Shown here piece after piece: positions 1-11,749 of a DNA stretch of 64,000 bases (positions are counted from its first letter, which is position 1; each line of letters opens with the position of its first letter). The stretch comes from Raillietiella orientalis. Lineage: Eukaryota. Position numbers and translations under genes: made by a program. The notes below the pieces were generated by a model that did not search any database, was not told where the DNA came from, and saw only the letters and a program-made list of their open reading frames with translations. The stretch is from NCBI GenBank assembly GCA_036172245.1, contig JAYWIR010000009.1, positions 1,488,001 to 1,552,000 on the forward strand. Direction: 5' to 3'.

Positions 1-750
1 CGCGCGCCCGCGCAGAAGAAAACAAAAACAAAAAGAGAGAGAGAGGGAACCACGTGACTGCGCCCGCGTTTTAAGGCGCGCGCGCGCGCGCGCCTCCACC
101 CGCGATGACGTCCGGCCGCGGACGCCTCCAGACTGAAGGGACGCCCGGCGTCCCCAGGTGCCACCCGTTCTCGGATCCGCGGCGCCGAGCGCGCCTGCGC
201 GCGAAAGCGTGTCGGGGTGGGAAGCGCGCGCTCTTCGAACACGTGCAGGCGCGGGCTCTTCCGCTCGCACCCGGCACACGCGCGCGTTCGCCAAAAAGAA
301 CGCCCGCGCCTGCGTGCAAGCACGTCCACCCCCGCGCGCGCACGCGTGCACGCATGCTGGGTGTCATCATCATCACACGTGTGCACACGCGCGCGGAACG
401 GAGGGCGCAGACGGAAGCGCCCGAATGGTGTGCCCGATCACGCACGCCTGCACCCAGGCGCACCGCATGCCACCGCCGCCGCGGTGCGTCGTCCCGCGCG
501 GGAGGAGCGCCTCCGTGGCGCATCGCCCGTGCCTGGCGACGGACGCTGAGGGTATCCCTTCCCCCGCCTCGTCCCTGCGTTCCAGAGAACTTTCCGGAAG
601 CACGCGGTTGCTCCGCCGAGCCCGAGACTTTCTGGGTTTTCTGATTTTTTTTTTTTTTTTTTTTCTTTTCGCTCGCCGCATCGGGAGGCGCCCGAGCACG
701 CCTTCTCCAAGATGGCGGAGCAGCCGCGTGCTGTGACAAACGGCTTCCTG
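1..750. promoter_or_regulatory. CpG-island-like segment with promoter-type motifs
   Basis: Very dense CpG/(CG)n. E-box CACGTGAC 51-58, CRE-like TGACGTC 106-112, ETS-like TTCCGGAAG 592-600, YY1-type CAAGATGGCGG 708-718. Function is inferred only. Confidence 0.4.
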
Positions 751-1070
751 AAGGGAAGCGACCCTCCGCGCGGGCTGTCGGCAGGCTGGCTGGTTTCGGC
801 CGTACCTCCGGCACACTCGCTCCTCCCCTTTCCGACAGCGTGACGGCCTTCCGCACCCCGGCACGAGACCGCTGCTCCGGAGGCAGGGAGGGAGGCTCCG
901 TGGTCACCAGTCGAGGGAGAGCTCTCCGCGAGAGAAGACGACCCTCGTTAGTGCCTCCAATCCTCCCGCGCCGCCGCCTCGCCCGCGGGCGCGAGGCAGC
1001 GGAGGTCCGAGCTCGGTTCTCCCCGCTCCCGTCTTTTGTTCCGCGGGCTCCAAGCCGGGCGACCGGTCAC

Positions 1071-1480
1071 TCAGGAGAGGGAGGCGCCGGACTCGCCCGG
1101 GGGGATGTTCCCAAGGCAGCACCTCCGATGGGAGGTAAGGATGCACCCGGCCTCTGCAACTCGAGTCGTCGCTGCGAAGAGCCCCTTCGTCCCTGGCAAG
1201 AGGATGAGGCCGTTCCCTCCGTTGCTGGGAAACCGCGACGAGAAGCACCGGTGAAGCTGCACGAGAGGGAGCGGAAAGAGCGCGCCGTTCTTCAGTGATG
1301 CCTTTCTTCGGTCCGTCCGCCACCACCGGAACGAAAAGTCCTTTAGGTCAATGGCTTCCGTGCACTTCCCACTCTTGAGCTGGTGGGACGCAGGGAGCTT
1401 TGAGGACCAGGGAAGGCGGCGATCCACCTGGCAAGTGTGGTCACCCACACGTGTGGCGACTCCCCTAGAAACTCCTGCGT
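1071..1480 (-). mobile_element. Decayed DIRS1-type retrotransposon fragment, reverse transcriptase
   Basis: ORF 1071..1781(-) contains HQLKSGKCTEAIDLKDFSF (cf. L..GD.M.SIDLKDAYF), then LFPLPLVQLHRCFS (cf. LPFGL..APRVFT) and GLILLPG (cf. GI...PYLDD), in the expected order. Confidence 0.6.
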
Positions 1481-1799
1481 AATCTCCGGTGTGCACCGGG
1501 TGGTTAAGAGGGAGGACGTGAGGCGAACGCACCTTACCTTTCCGACAGGCTGTCTGCGAGCGGACGGGAGCGGACAGGCTCTCTGGGAGCTCCTTCCCAT
1601 CTCCCATCTTCTCAGCTGCCGACTGGACCCGACGGTTTTCCGGCAGCTCCGCGCGCTGACGCGTCTTCCATTTCCTCCGCTGCTTCGAGTAGCAGCTTCC
1701 GAACCGGCTGGGGGTCCCTCGTCCCTTCTGCCGGGAGGCCTGGGGAGAGGACCCCTCGGCCACCACCCTCCGTTCACCCACCCACTCTTGGGCCCGCTG

Positions 1800-2050
1800 C
1801 TGCTGCCTCGCGCGCGCGCTCGCCTCACCACCGAGGACCGAACCGCCGCCGCCATCATAAATTTAGGTAGGTCGCGCTCCCGTTCTCGGAAGGCGAATCA
1901 CGGATCCGTCTCCATCCCCCTCGCGAGACCGCGGTCGAGAGTCGCCATCTTGCATTTTACTCTGCTGGAAGGATGACGTCAGAGGAACGGAGCCGTTCGC
2001 GTTCGCCGTGCCTCCAGGAACTTTGAAGCAATAAAGCTCCGCAGCAGCTT
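1800..2050. promoter_or_regulatory. Small CpG-rich motif cluster
   Basis: CTCGCGAGA 1920-1928 (BANP/ZBTB33-type), GCCATCTTG 1944-1952 (YY1-type, reverse strand), perfect CRE TGACGTCA 1974-1981. Confidence 0.35.
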
Positions 2051-2079
2051 CGTTACTTCTCCCCGCGCCCTGCTAAAAT

Positions 2080-3800
2080 GTGCGATGACCTTGAAGTTAA
2101 AATTGGATCACCCTTGTGGATCGAAGATCCCGGTGCGATCCCGATCCAGTGGAAGAGCTGCTGCCTTCTTTGTTCAGGCGAAGGGTTGCCCCGAACTGGG
2201 CCTGCATGGGTCTCCTACGCAATCACCGCTTGCATCCAGTCTGCGCCTGGAGGTCTCTCTGTCGCCCGCGCAGAGTGCAGGAAGGCGGACGCCAGCCTGC
2301 TAAGCATCCACTAAAGGAGGAGGGGCACTGCATAGTGGAATGAAATTGCCCTTCTCCCCTTCCTCCCGATTCCAGGGACTGCTTAATCCCCCCCCCCCCT
2401 CACGCATACCCTCTTCCTCTTCGTTTTCCCCCGAGAAGCTGCGCTCCGCTCCCGTTGCGCTCGCGGAGGCAGAACTTTCTCGAAAGAGGGAGGCGGTCGT
2501 CGAACTTTTGCGGAAAAAGCAGCGTGGTCGGGGAAAGTGCGGCTAACATATCCACCTGGATTCTTAAGGAGGAAGAGGAGGAGCGGGGTCTCGTTGGCTC
2601 ATCCGGAAAGGTGGTGCCGGAAAAGGCAAAGCGGCTACCTGCCAGGAATCACCCGCGGTTTCGGGAGGGCAGCTTCTCACGGGATCACCGGTGGCCCAGA
2701 GCCCTACTACCTCTCGAAGGGCCAAAAAAGATGCTCCCCTCGTCGACACAGAAAGGAGAGACGAATGGATGCTCCCCATCACTTTGTAAGGTCGCTCTTC
2801 GAGCTACAGCCACCCGCGACCTTTCCCTCCGCCGCCGTTGCTACCGACCTCGTAGACTTCCCCTCCCTCCTTCCCTACCGGGAGTTTCCAGGAGCGCTCA
2901 GGGAGCAAGAAACAGCAGGGGAGCGTCGCTGGGAACGGGGGCGGAGCGCCTTGGCGGACGCGCACGCGGGCCAAGGAGTGGTGGTTACGCACGCCCATGG
3001 GATGAACTTTCTGGAGGCAACAGGGCAGGTGGCTGCGGTCTTTGGTCCGCTAGCAGGTGCCGCGTGGCCTCCGCCAACATGAGTGGACTTTTGCCACTCC
3101 GGAAACGCGAGAGAGATCTCGGGAGGCGATAGCGCCTGGGTCTCTCGTCCGGTTTATCTCTTGCACGGATACTCCAAGGAGGCGAGCTCTGGGAGGAGGA
3201 GATCGGAGGCGGAGATTGCGGCTTTTTCTCCTGCGGCCGCTTCACCTGTCTGCAAGAAGAAGTTTTCCCCTTGGGTCCGAATGCGGAAACAGGATGATCG
3301 CAATCGGAGCCGAAATCATCCCGGTGGCAATGGACCTGTCGGTTTATCGGCCCTCACGTTCCGAGTGGTCCAGCGAAGTCAGGAAGGCGAATCACACCGG
3401 GGGGGATGTGGGCAGCGGTCCATCCGTCTCTGCTTTCACTTCCTGCCGAGGGTAGCCTGGACCAAACTGCCCCTCTGCACGGCTGGAGGAGTCCTCGTGG
3501 TCTTCGCGGAGAGGCCGGCTCGGGTAGGAGTCCGGAGAGGCACTGCGGGCAGATTCGAAGCAAGAAGGAAAGGAGGATGGATCTTCGAGCGTGTTGGACC
3601 ACGGACATCTGGGGAGGACTTTCGACACCCCGCTCACATCTCTGCCGGTCGACGAATCCTTCCCGAACGCACGAGTCGAGCGGCCTGCTCCGAATGTCTC
3701 GGGAGAGGTAACGAGGAACACACTTCCCCCATTGAGCGTTCATGGAGCGTCCCCTCGACGTTTTCGGCGGAAGTCGTAGCACCTACCTTTCTTCCCCTAC
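2080..3800 (+). mobile_element. Decayed DIRS1-type fragment, methyltransferase-like region into tyrosine recombinase
   Basis: DLVDFPSLLPY (cf. YAFPP..LLP) in ORF 2537..3082. FCHSG...SAW, LHGYSKE (cf. YR N-terminal GYS/GFS) and VLVVFAERPARVGV (cf. FLVA.TSARRVGEL) in ORF 3083..3811. Confidence 0.45.
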
Positions 3801-3899
3801 TCCTACCGTAAGGCCGCCGCGTCCAACCGCGCAAGCCAGTGTGAGAAGGCAATGGAAGAAGGTCACGCACCCTTCCTGACACTTTTTTCCATCCTCCTG

Positions 3900-6800
3900 G
3901 CTTCTCCTAGCAGAGCAGTATTGCTGCAACCTCTCTCCTGCCTCTTCCTAACTGGCCCGAAAAGCCGAGGCGGTGGCTGTTCCCATGACGAAGACCGAAT
4001 TCCCAGTGCTTACTGAGAAATCTCCACGGCTTGGTCTCCGGAATCCCTCTCGGTCGGGTCCTGCTCAGAATCTCCCTTGAAGGACACTTCATTTCGCGAG
4101 CGGTCACCATCGCGATGGGAGGGAAGGGATCCAGAAACAGGGCGAGATTGTTCATGGAAGACGTCAGTCTTGCGGCTGCTGTTCTGACTCCTGCCTTGCA
4201 CCTTCTGTCCTCCGGAGTGCTTTCCGATGCCTCTTCAGAATTCTCGCCGGTGACCCCTCTTTCGAGGAGAACTCAAGAACGGCGTTCTTTCTCCTCCTTT
4301 TCTTTCTCCTCTTTCGTTTTCTTTCCGAGTCCCTTGTTCTTTTCAAGGGGGAGCTCTCTTGAGGCAAAGGAAAGGCAGAAGGACCAATTAGGCGGAAGTT
4401 GAGGGAGGAAGACCAAGAAGAACTCCACCGTCAGTAGGAAAGATCTGATCATCGGATGATCGCCCTTTTGAATGCGATGTGACGGCGACGGTCCAACACA
4501 ACAGTCGCAGCTCATTACAAGGGAGGCGGAGGAGAAAAAAATGAAGTCCTGCTAAAGAATTCCTCCTGATGCTGTTGTTTTGCAGCCATCTGTGCCTCTC
4601 AAAGGCCTGCACAATCAGAAGCATTGTTTCTGTGAAGGAGGAGGACGCTTTCCATCCTGGTTGGCGAGGATAGTCTGAGATCACTTCATGTCTACGCAAC
4701 GGAAGACTCTATGCGAGAAGGACCAGTCTGTGGTCCGAAATTTTCCCTCGGTCACGCGTCAGGCACCTACGAACTGTTCATGCGTTTCCGAAATTCCAGG
4801 TGTAGTCGCCTATTGAGAGGCAAAAGATCAATGATGCCAAGACGTAAGAAGAGCAGAGGCAGTGTTAGTAGGCCAGAACTCCTCGATCTCGAGAGGTTAG
4901 TAGCCTCCTCCTCCTCCTTTTCCCTGCTCTCTTCCCTTAGACGTCGTTTCGAATCCCGAAAATCGATGCTGGCACAGCTCCCGCCAGGGGATCTTCTGAT
5001 CGAGCTGCTGCTGCCGCTGCTGGATCTCGGGCATCCAGCTACGCAAATTCGAGGTGTTTCCGTATTCACCCAGGCCGCTCTTCGAGGAGAGAGGTTCAAG
5101 AACCATTCGGTCTGCCACCTCAGGTGGAGGAAGAAGAGGAAACAAGCGTGTTTCGTATCCTAGTGACAGGCGAGACTAGAGGAGACCACGGAATGACATT
5201 TCTTGCTGCTTGGTAGTCCGTGTGCAAGGGGAGGTGAAGGCGATGGGGTTCGTGCTGACTGCATCTCTCGTTCCGGCTCCTTCAGAGGGGGTCCACTCCG
5301 AACAGAAGGAAACTCACCAGATCTTTCCGATGGAACATGCGCTACAAACCCTAATGGTCTGTCCGCAGGAGGAAGCAACATCATCACGGGATGCGTTCCA
5401 GGAAGAAACTCCGAAGAGGGAGATGCTCTTTGGAACTCAGTATGAACTCCCTCATCCCACCACACGCACCGGCGAACGCGAAAGAAGTGAGGTATTGACC
5501 GCCTAAGGCCTTGGAACCGCCAATCTCTTGCTGCCTCACTTTCACCAAGATGTTTCGACAGAAAAATCTCCAGCAGCTTCTGGAGACAAGACCGGTGGCA
5601 GGTCGGGTAGTCACTGTTTGATTCACGTCTTGAGTTTCCTCAGGACATTCAGGATGTTTGCAACTCGGGTAGCTGAGAAAAAGATAAGAAAAAAAGCTCA
5701 CTGAAGAAACTGTGGGGACCAGAGTAACAACAGCGCCAAGAAAATCAAGCTCCAGACACCAAGGCGCTTGAAGGACAGGGTGGCTGATCAACAGACCTTC
5801 ACCTTTCTTATCATCCCCCAAATTAAAGCACAGTATTCTGCCGTGAGCGCAACTGGAAGCCTCTGATGGACCCTGAGGTGTTCAATTTTCTCTTCTTGCC
5901 TCGGAATGATCCTCTCTGCTTCCAGCCACCCTCCTTTTCGGAAGAAAACGTCCTTGCCCCTTTTTTTTTCTTTTTTAGCTCAGTTCTCTTTCTCGTGGGC
6001 CAGATGCGATGACAAAACCGATCTTCGTTCCTACGAGGGGACCTCTCAGCCGTCAGCCGACTCGATCGATTTCAGGAGTGCCGAAAAACAAAATCGCGCT
6101 TGTTTTTCCTCACTGGCAGGCGATTTTTTTTGGAAAATGGTCAAGTTCCGCCCAGCCTTCACGTGGATGCCGGCGCATCTAAAGGTCTGAAAGGTGTCCT
6201 GCTTGAGCATCAGACTCGATAAACTCAATAACGAAGAGTCTTGCAAAGGGCCTCCATCTTCCAGTTTCCACGCTTGCCTTTTTCTCGCATCTCCGCGAAT
6301 TTCCACCGAGCACGATGGACCCAGAGTCCCATGGGTATGACCATGTTTCTAGCCCTCCCAAGAGCACTTCTAAGGAGCTTGCAGCTCAGAGAAGGAAGCG
6401 TGCCTTCATCTGTGGGGGGCAATCTTAGCAAGCTAAGGTTTCGAACCAATTTGACGGGAAGAGAGCCACTGCAGGGTTTCTGTTCCAAACGACACTTGAT
6501 TTTGGAGCAGGCCGGCGCTGATGGTCAACTGGACAAGATGAGCAGCATCATGCGTGGCGCTGCGTCGTCGTCGTCCGTGTCAACATACTGCTATCAGAGA
6601 GCGTTTGCTTCTGTGTTTGTCTGCTTTTGGAGCACCTCAGATGCTCACGTCCGGAAAAAGAGACTCACTTCGAAGAAGATAGTAGGGAAACACGAAAAAG
6701 CCTACTAACCATCTGGATCATGTCAGAGGGCACAGTCGAGGATTGTTCCGCGCTGCCGTGTGCTCATCTGCACTGCTCATCGTGTTAGACACGTTTTTCG

Positions 6801-7900
6801 GTCCCTCTGTCCGTTGTCTTTCTTTGGACCTGAACGATATCTCCTCGTCGTCATCGCCTTTGGATGCTAAGACTCAAGTCACACCGTGGTTCTGGACCAG
6901 CCCCGCTTTGCCTCCGCATTCTTACATTCGCAGCTTTTATATTTCGGTCCAAATGTCAGACGAGCTGCGAGGTGGGCGAGGTGTAAGATTCCTGTTGCAC
7001 GAATCCCATCCACCCATCATCTCAGCGGCGGCATCTCATCTGACCCTTGAACCCACTCACGTAAAAGAGCCGCACGCCAATAGATTCTCCTCTCGAAGGC
7101 AGGATGTCTTCCCCTTATTCCGCAAACGCCCAAACATCTGGACCCAGCTCTCAGTTTGCATTGGATCTCCACCTTCGATCAGTCCCCGGACTGCTTGAAA
7201 AGACATCCCATCAGTTTTCCTCTCAGAGGAACTGGTGGCCGCCGCCGCAAGATCCCACCTAGTTGGCGATTCGTGTGTGTGTATGCGTTTTTCACGTGCG
7301 TCTCCATGAGGGTGCAGGGAAGCTGCCGCGTTCGTTCCCGAAGCAGGATCGATGGCGTGAGATCCTCCCTTGACTATGCAAAGCATCTCTGTCCCTTCTT
7401 TCGCGGGGCAAGAAGCGTAGCAGGTGTCAGCACCCCCCTCCCCTCCCCTCAGGCTCAGACCACTGCCTCATGCTCTCCCAAGGATCCAGGGGAAAGTTCG
7501 CTCTTTCATCGCACCCAGCTCGTCTTCTTCCCAGTTTTCATTTTCACATCAGTTTTCTTTCTTTTTTTTTTTTTGCTTTGAATGCTCCTCCTTTCTTGCG
7601 ATCACTGCAGCGCTGGCTGCAACCTGACTCTCTCTTCGCACCAAGACGCTGCCATCTCCTCGGCGCCAAGTTTCGAGAAACTTCATCGGGTCGTGCTGCT
7701 GCTCCGGATATTCTCACTCAGCTTCCAGGGCGACACTCTCGAGAACAGGCGAGGCAGCCAGCACTCCCTCCGGAGGAAAGTGACAGAAGACCGCGTGGAT
7801 CTTCAGATCTTCGGGTCTTTCGTCTGTCTCAATCCACATGGGGAAGAAATGCTCTCTGCCTCAGGAACAGGCCTTCTGGCACGATTCTTCTGCTCCCCGT
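3900..7900 (-). mobile_element. Near full-length but heavily decayed DIRS1-type element (gag-RT-RNaseH/MT-YR)
   Basis: Motifs are collinear on the minus strand: gag-like pieces at 7000-7900; KKASVETGRWRPF (ORF 6179..6367; cf. VPKK.G.WRPILDL); LELDFLGAVVT (ORF 5384..5821; cf. IEFLGAVLD); LRWQTEWFLNL near 5100 (cf. WP.QPWF); WTVAVTS...IFPTDGGVLLGLPPST (ORF 4388..4699; cf. FLVAITS...IFH.DKVVLR..PSFLP). Many frameshifts and stops. Confidence 0.65.
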
Positions 7901-8447
7901 CCCGCCATCCTCCGTGACCGAGACGCCTGCACGACTCCTGCCGATTTTACCACTGCCACGTGCTCGGCCGCGGGGTCATGTCCCACGAAGGACATGACCC
8001 CTGTCATTTTTTTTTCCCTTCCTCTGCGAATGCGAATCTTTCGGTCGAATGTGATCTTTCGGAAGGTTTGCGAGACCTCGCGTCGGTAGTAGGTCGGGAG
8101 TGGGAGCTCTCGGGCTCAAGCAGGGACAAGCCGCAGGCACTGCCTCTTTGCGCACGCATTTCTCGGGTTCCCGCCTAAAGTGCCGCGCCCGTGGCAAACG
8201 AAGTCCTCTGGAAGATGGTCGGCGAGCTCTGCATTACGAAGCTGGTGAGAGGGCGGGGGGAGGATCGGGGGATCGGGAAGAAAGAGGCGAAGGAGCGGAG
8301 CTGGAAAGCACGGCTCTGACTTTCGGAGTAGGCGAGCGCAAGGTTCAGCTGCAAGGGAGAGAGAACGGCCTCTCCAGGAGGGAACCCGCGGAGAAGAGTC
8401 CCCGCTGCCTCCCGGATTTCCCGCGATGAAGGGAACCAGCAGGGCTG

Positions 8448-8480
8448 GAGGCCCGCCTCATCACCGATGAGGCGGGCCTC
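8448..8480. repeat. Perfect hairpin, 15-bp stem and 3-nt loop
   Basis: GAGGCCCGCCTCATC-acc-GATGAGGCGGGCCTC; the arms are exact reverse complements. Confidence 0.95.
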
Positions 8481-8880
8481 GTGTTTCCGAGGCGAAACCG
8501 AACCCCGTTTCGGAAGAGGGATCGTAAACGCCTTCGTCGCCCTCGGGTGTCTGGGCGGTCCCAAACCCCTTCGCTCCTTCTTTCAAGGCTAACTGATGAT
8601 AGCATCTTGTGGTCAGTTGCTTTCCTTCTCCTCCTCCTTCCTGGGCAAGATGGAAGCGCAGTTCCGTCGCTGCTGCTGCTTCCACGACGGAGTTTCCCGC
8701 TCCGGCGCGAGAGCCGGATGAAGATGGCCAAGGAAGATGCGAGGAGGAAGATTCCCAAACTTTCACCTTTGCGAGGCGCCTTCCAGCGTTCCGCCCCGAA
8801 CTGGAAAGCCCGCCCGGGCTCACCCGCGCTTAATGCGTCCCGACCCGGAGCTCTTCCATCCCTCACCGACGAGGCGCACT
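8481..8880 (+). mobile_element. Decayed DIRS1-type tyrosine recombinase fragment
   Basis: ORF 8481..8882: SRLTDDSILWSVAFLLLLLPGQDGSAV (cf. L..LSWK.AFLLA..SA.R.SEL), followed by KIPKLS (cf. FLPKVS). Confidence 0.5.
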
Positions 8881-9479
8881 GACGCGCCTTCCATTGTTTC
8901 CACAATTATCTTCATTCTGACTGATTTGTCTTCATTTTGCTTCTGTCATCGGGCTTCCACTCTTTTCGCTTTTCTTCTTCTTCTCCTCTCTCTCTCTCCC
9001 TCTCTTTTTTTTTTTTTTTTTCCTTTCCTTTCCTTGTTCTTCTTCATCTCTTCCCCCGCTGATTTATACGATTTCCCGGAGTCATTTTCGGGGTCAAACC
9101 TCGTTCGCCGCGTCTCCCGGCGGTGGATTGGCTGGAGAACGTGGCCGCTTCCTCGGGCACGCCGCAATTTGCCACAGATGGAAATCGGCTCCGTAGGCGG
9201 GAAGGCGGTGGCTCCGGCGCCTTCGCCGGACCGCCGATTGCTGGGGACGCCTTGAGGCTCGCACCTGGTCGGGAGAGGGAGGTCCCGATTCCCAGTTCCG
9301 GCGTGAGGGGAAGGAACTCGTGTTCGCCGGGATGAGATTCCGTTTCCTCCTCCCTCCTTCCTCCTCCCGGTTCCGGAGGAGCGTTTCCTCCCTCCCCTCT
9401 TCTTCCTTTCTCTTTTTTTTCGAGTAGTCGCAGGACGCCTCCTCCCTGCCGCCGACTGCGGGATTCCCGTTGGTCCGCT

Positions 9480-10060
9480 CCGCGCTCTTCTTTCACGATC
9501 CCGTGGCACGCGAGCGAGAAACCGCCGCGGAGGCGGCGAATGTGCGCAACGGGAGGTGCGCGCAGGGTTGCCCCCTCAGCAAGGGCGCGCGCGCGCGCCG
9601 CCGCTGCCGAGCTTCTGACTGCCGTGGTGGTGGCGGCGCCTGAAAAAATGGCGCGCGCTTTCCTCGGTCCGATCACGCGAACCAATGCCCTCCGCGGACG
9701 AGGGGACGACCCCTGCTCCTCGCGTCGCTCGCCACGGGTCAACCGGTGGATTCCGCACCTCATGGACAGCGTGCTCGCAGCAGCCAGAGACTGGACGCCG
9801 GCCGAAACGTAGGATTTCCCGAGGGAGGGAGGGTCCTCGGGAATAGAGCCGGAGGGCAACCGAAAAAGGTTAATCCGCCGCCTCCCAAAGCAGCGCGGAG
9901 GAGGAAAGCAATTCTTCTGGGAAGCGCCCTCTGGTCCAATGCGAACAGACCAGCGGTGGGGGGAGGGGAGGGGAGGAAGGTCCGCTCCCGGGAGCGGAAC
10001 TCACGGGAACGCGCTGCGGGTCTATAGGAAAGGTGCGGAGCAGAATCGCAGCTGATCAGC
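9480..10060. promoter_or_regulatory. CpG-island-like segment with promoter-type motifs
   Basis: (CG)n runs, AAAATGGCG 9645-9653 (YY1-type), CCAAT 9682-9686 and 9936-9940, G-rich GC-box-like tract ~9956-9975, TATA-like CTATAG at ~10022. Confidence 0.35.
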
Positions 10061-11749
10061 AGGAAGGCCTCGATGCCCGCGATCGTCTGGTAGGGAAATC
10101 CTCGTCCCTTTCCGAAAGTGACTGACCTTCGTGGCACGGGAAACCGGGCAGAACCTACGAGGAGTTTCTCGCGAGGCGTTCCCCCCCATGACAGGAATTC
10201 GGATTGCGCGCGATGGCCGTCCCGTCCTCCCTCCCTTCCCCCTCCCCTTCGCTCTCTCTCTCTCCCTACCTCGAGGCCGTGGACCTGTGAAAGGGCACGG
10301 GGGAGATACGTCACGGACCCACCCTGGGGAGTGCGCGCCAATGCGCACGCGGTGCCTTGAGGGAATGCGCGCCGATTCCGTGCACCTGACGAGGCTGGAG
10401 GGCGATCCCACCTCCGCGACGGACGGGGAGCAGGACTTTCTATCGTTTCGGGATGGAAGAGGGGAAGAAAGGCAGGGTTCCTTTTTTCGCTCTTGCTCGA
10501 CCAACATGAGCCCCCCTCTTCCCCGGACGAAGCGTTGAGGCTTTCTCCCTCTGCCCCCCTCGAACGCGGCAATCCCGTCGGTTAACCTCACTCACCGTCC
10601 GGTTCGAGAGAGGAAGGGGGGGGGGGGGGGGGAAGGCTTAGCCTGGCTTCCCTGGAGCCAGCGGGCCAGGATGTGCCTTTCCCCCCATGAATGGCGCCGA
10701 GGTGGAGAGGAGGAAACCTGGACGGGTTTCAGGGTGGGATCGGGAAATTCCCTCTCCCCTATCCTCACATCGCCGCTCGGAGCGCAGTCCTGGCAGCAGC
10801 GGGAGGACGGCCAGCCCTTCTCCCGGTTCGGGAGCGATTCGGTCTGGATCCGCGCGTCGGGATGCTCGCCCTCGGTTCGGTCTTGTCGTCAGGAGGGGAG
10901 TTCCTCCCCCATCGCCCGGGAACGCACGACACGTCGGTGCCTAAATTTAACCCCCTCCAGCGTTCCCTCTCGTCAACTCTATAAAATTCAAATTTTACGG
11001 TTTTTGGTGTTTCGATTCCCGCTCCTGCGCAGCAAATTGGACGCTCCGCGGGAACCGGATTATCTCCCGCCCCCGCGTTTCCCTCACAGAAAAGAAGCGT
11101 GAAATTGCGCTGTACCGAATCTTCAGCAAAGAGTCAAGCTGCCCTCGATGGAAACGGGGAGGAGAGATTTTTCCCATCTCGCTACGAGCCTCCTAATAAA
11201 CGGACGCAAGAATAGGCGATTAAGAGCCTTGAGGTGACGGTGACGTCTGGGGACAAGAGCGTCCCTGCGGACCCGAATCGAGAGGGGTCGCGCGAGCGCT
11301 CGTAGCCGAGGGGGAAATTTTGCCGCCACCGTCGCCGTCGCCGCTGCGAGTGCAAAAGTCAGGCCGCTGGCAGCTCGCAGACCCTGCCGCTCGACCGCGG
11401 CGGCTGAGCGCGAAAGAGGGGGAAGAAAGGCAGCGGGATTGGGACCTGTTTCCGAGCAACGGAGAATCGTTTGCCCGAGGGATCGAGGAAGGAAGCCTAG
11501 CCTGTGATGGGGACGGTGCTCGAGACGCCGTTCAGGTCCCCATTGTCTTACTGCATTCCCGGATGAGCTGATCGGAGCGAACAAATGCGCGGGAGGTTCG
11601 TGTCTGGTCACAGAGGGATCGGGAAACTCCAAGATCCTCGGGCGGACAATAGGGAAGCCATTAGCGAGGGAACAAAAGGGTGGCAGACGGAATGACGCTC
11701 GGAGGCTTTTCAAAAGACGGAGCTTCTGAGCGTGAGGAATTCCGAAAGA

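Noticed and set aside
4900..5820. Multi-exon minus-strand gene with tiny (29-50 nt) introns encoding a type II membrane protein (MIRKRLGVWSLIFLALLLLW...)
   Set aside because: It can be spliced on paper, but the same DNA carries collinear DIRS RT/RNase H/MT motifs in shifting frames. Decay of a retrotransposon explains it better than implausibly short introns.
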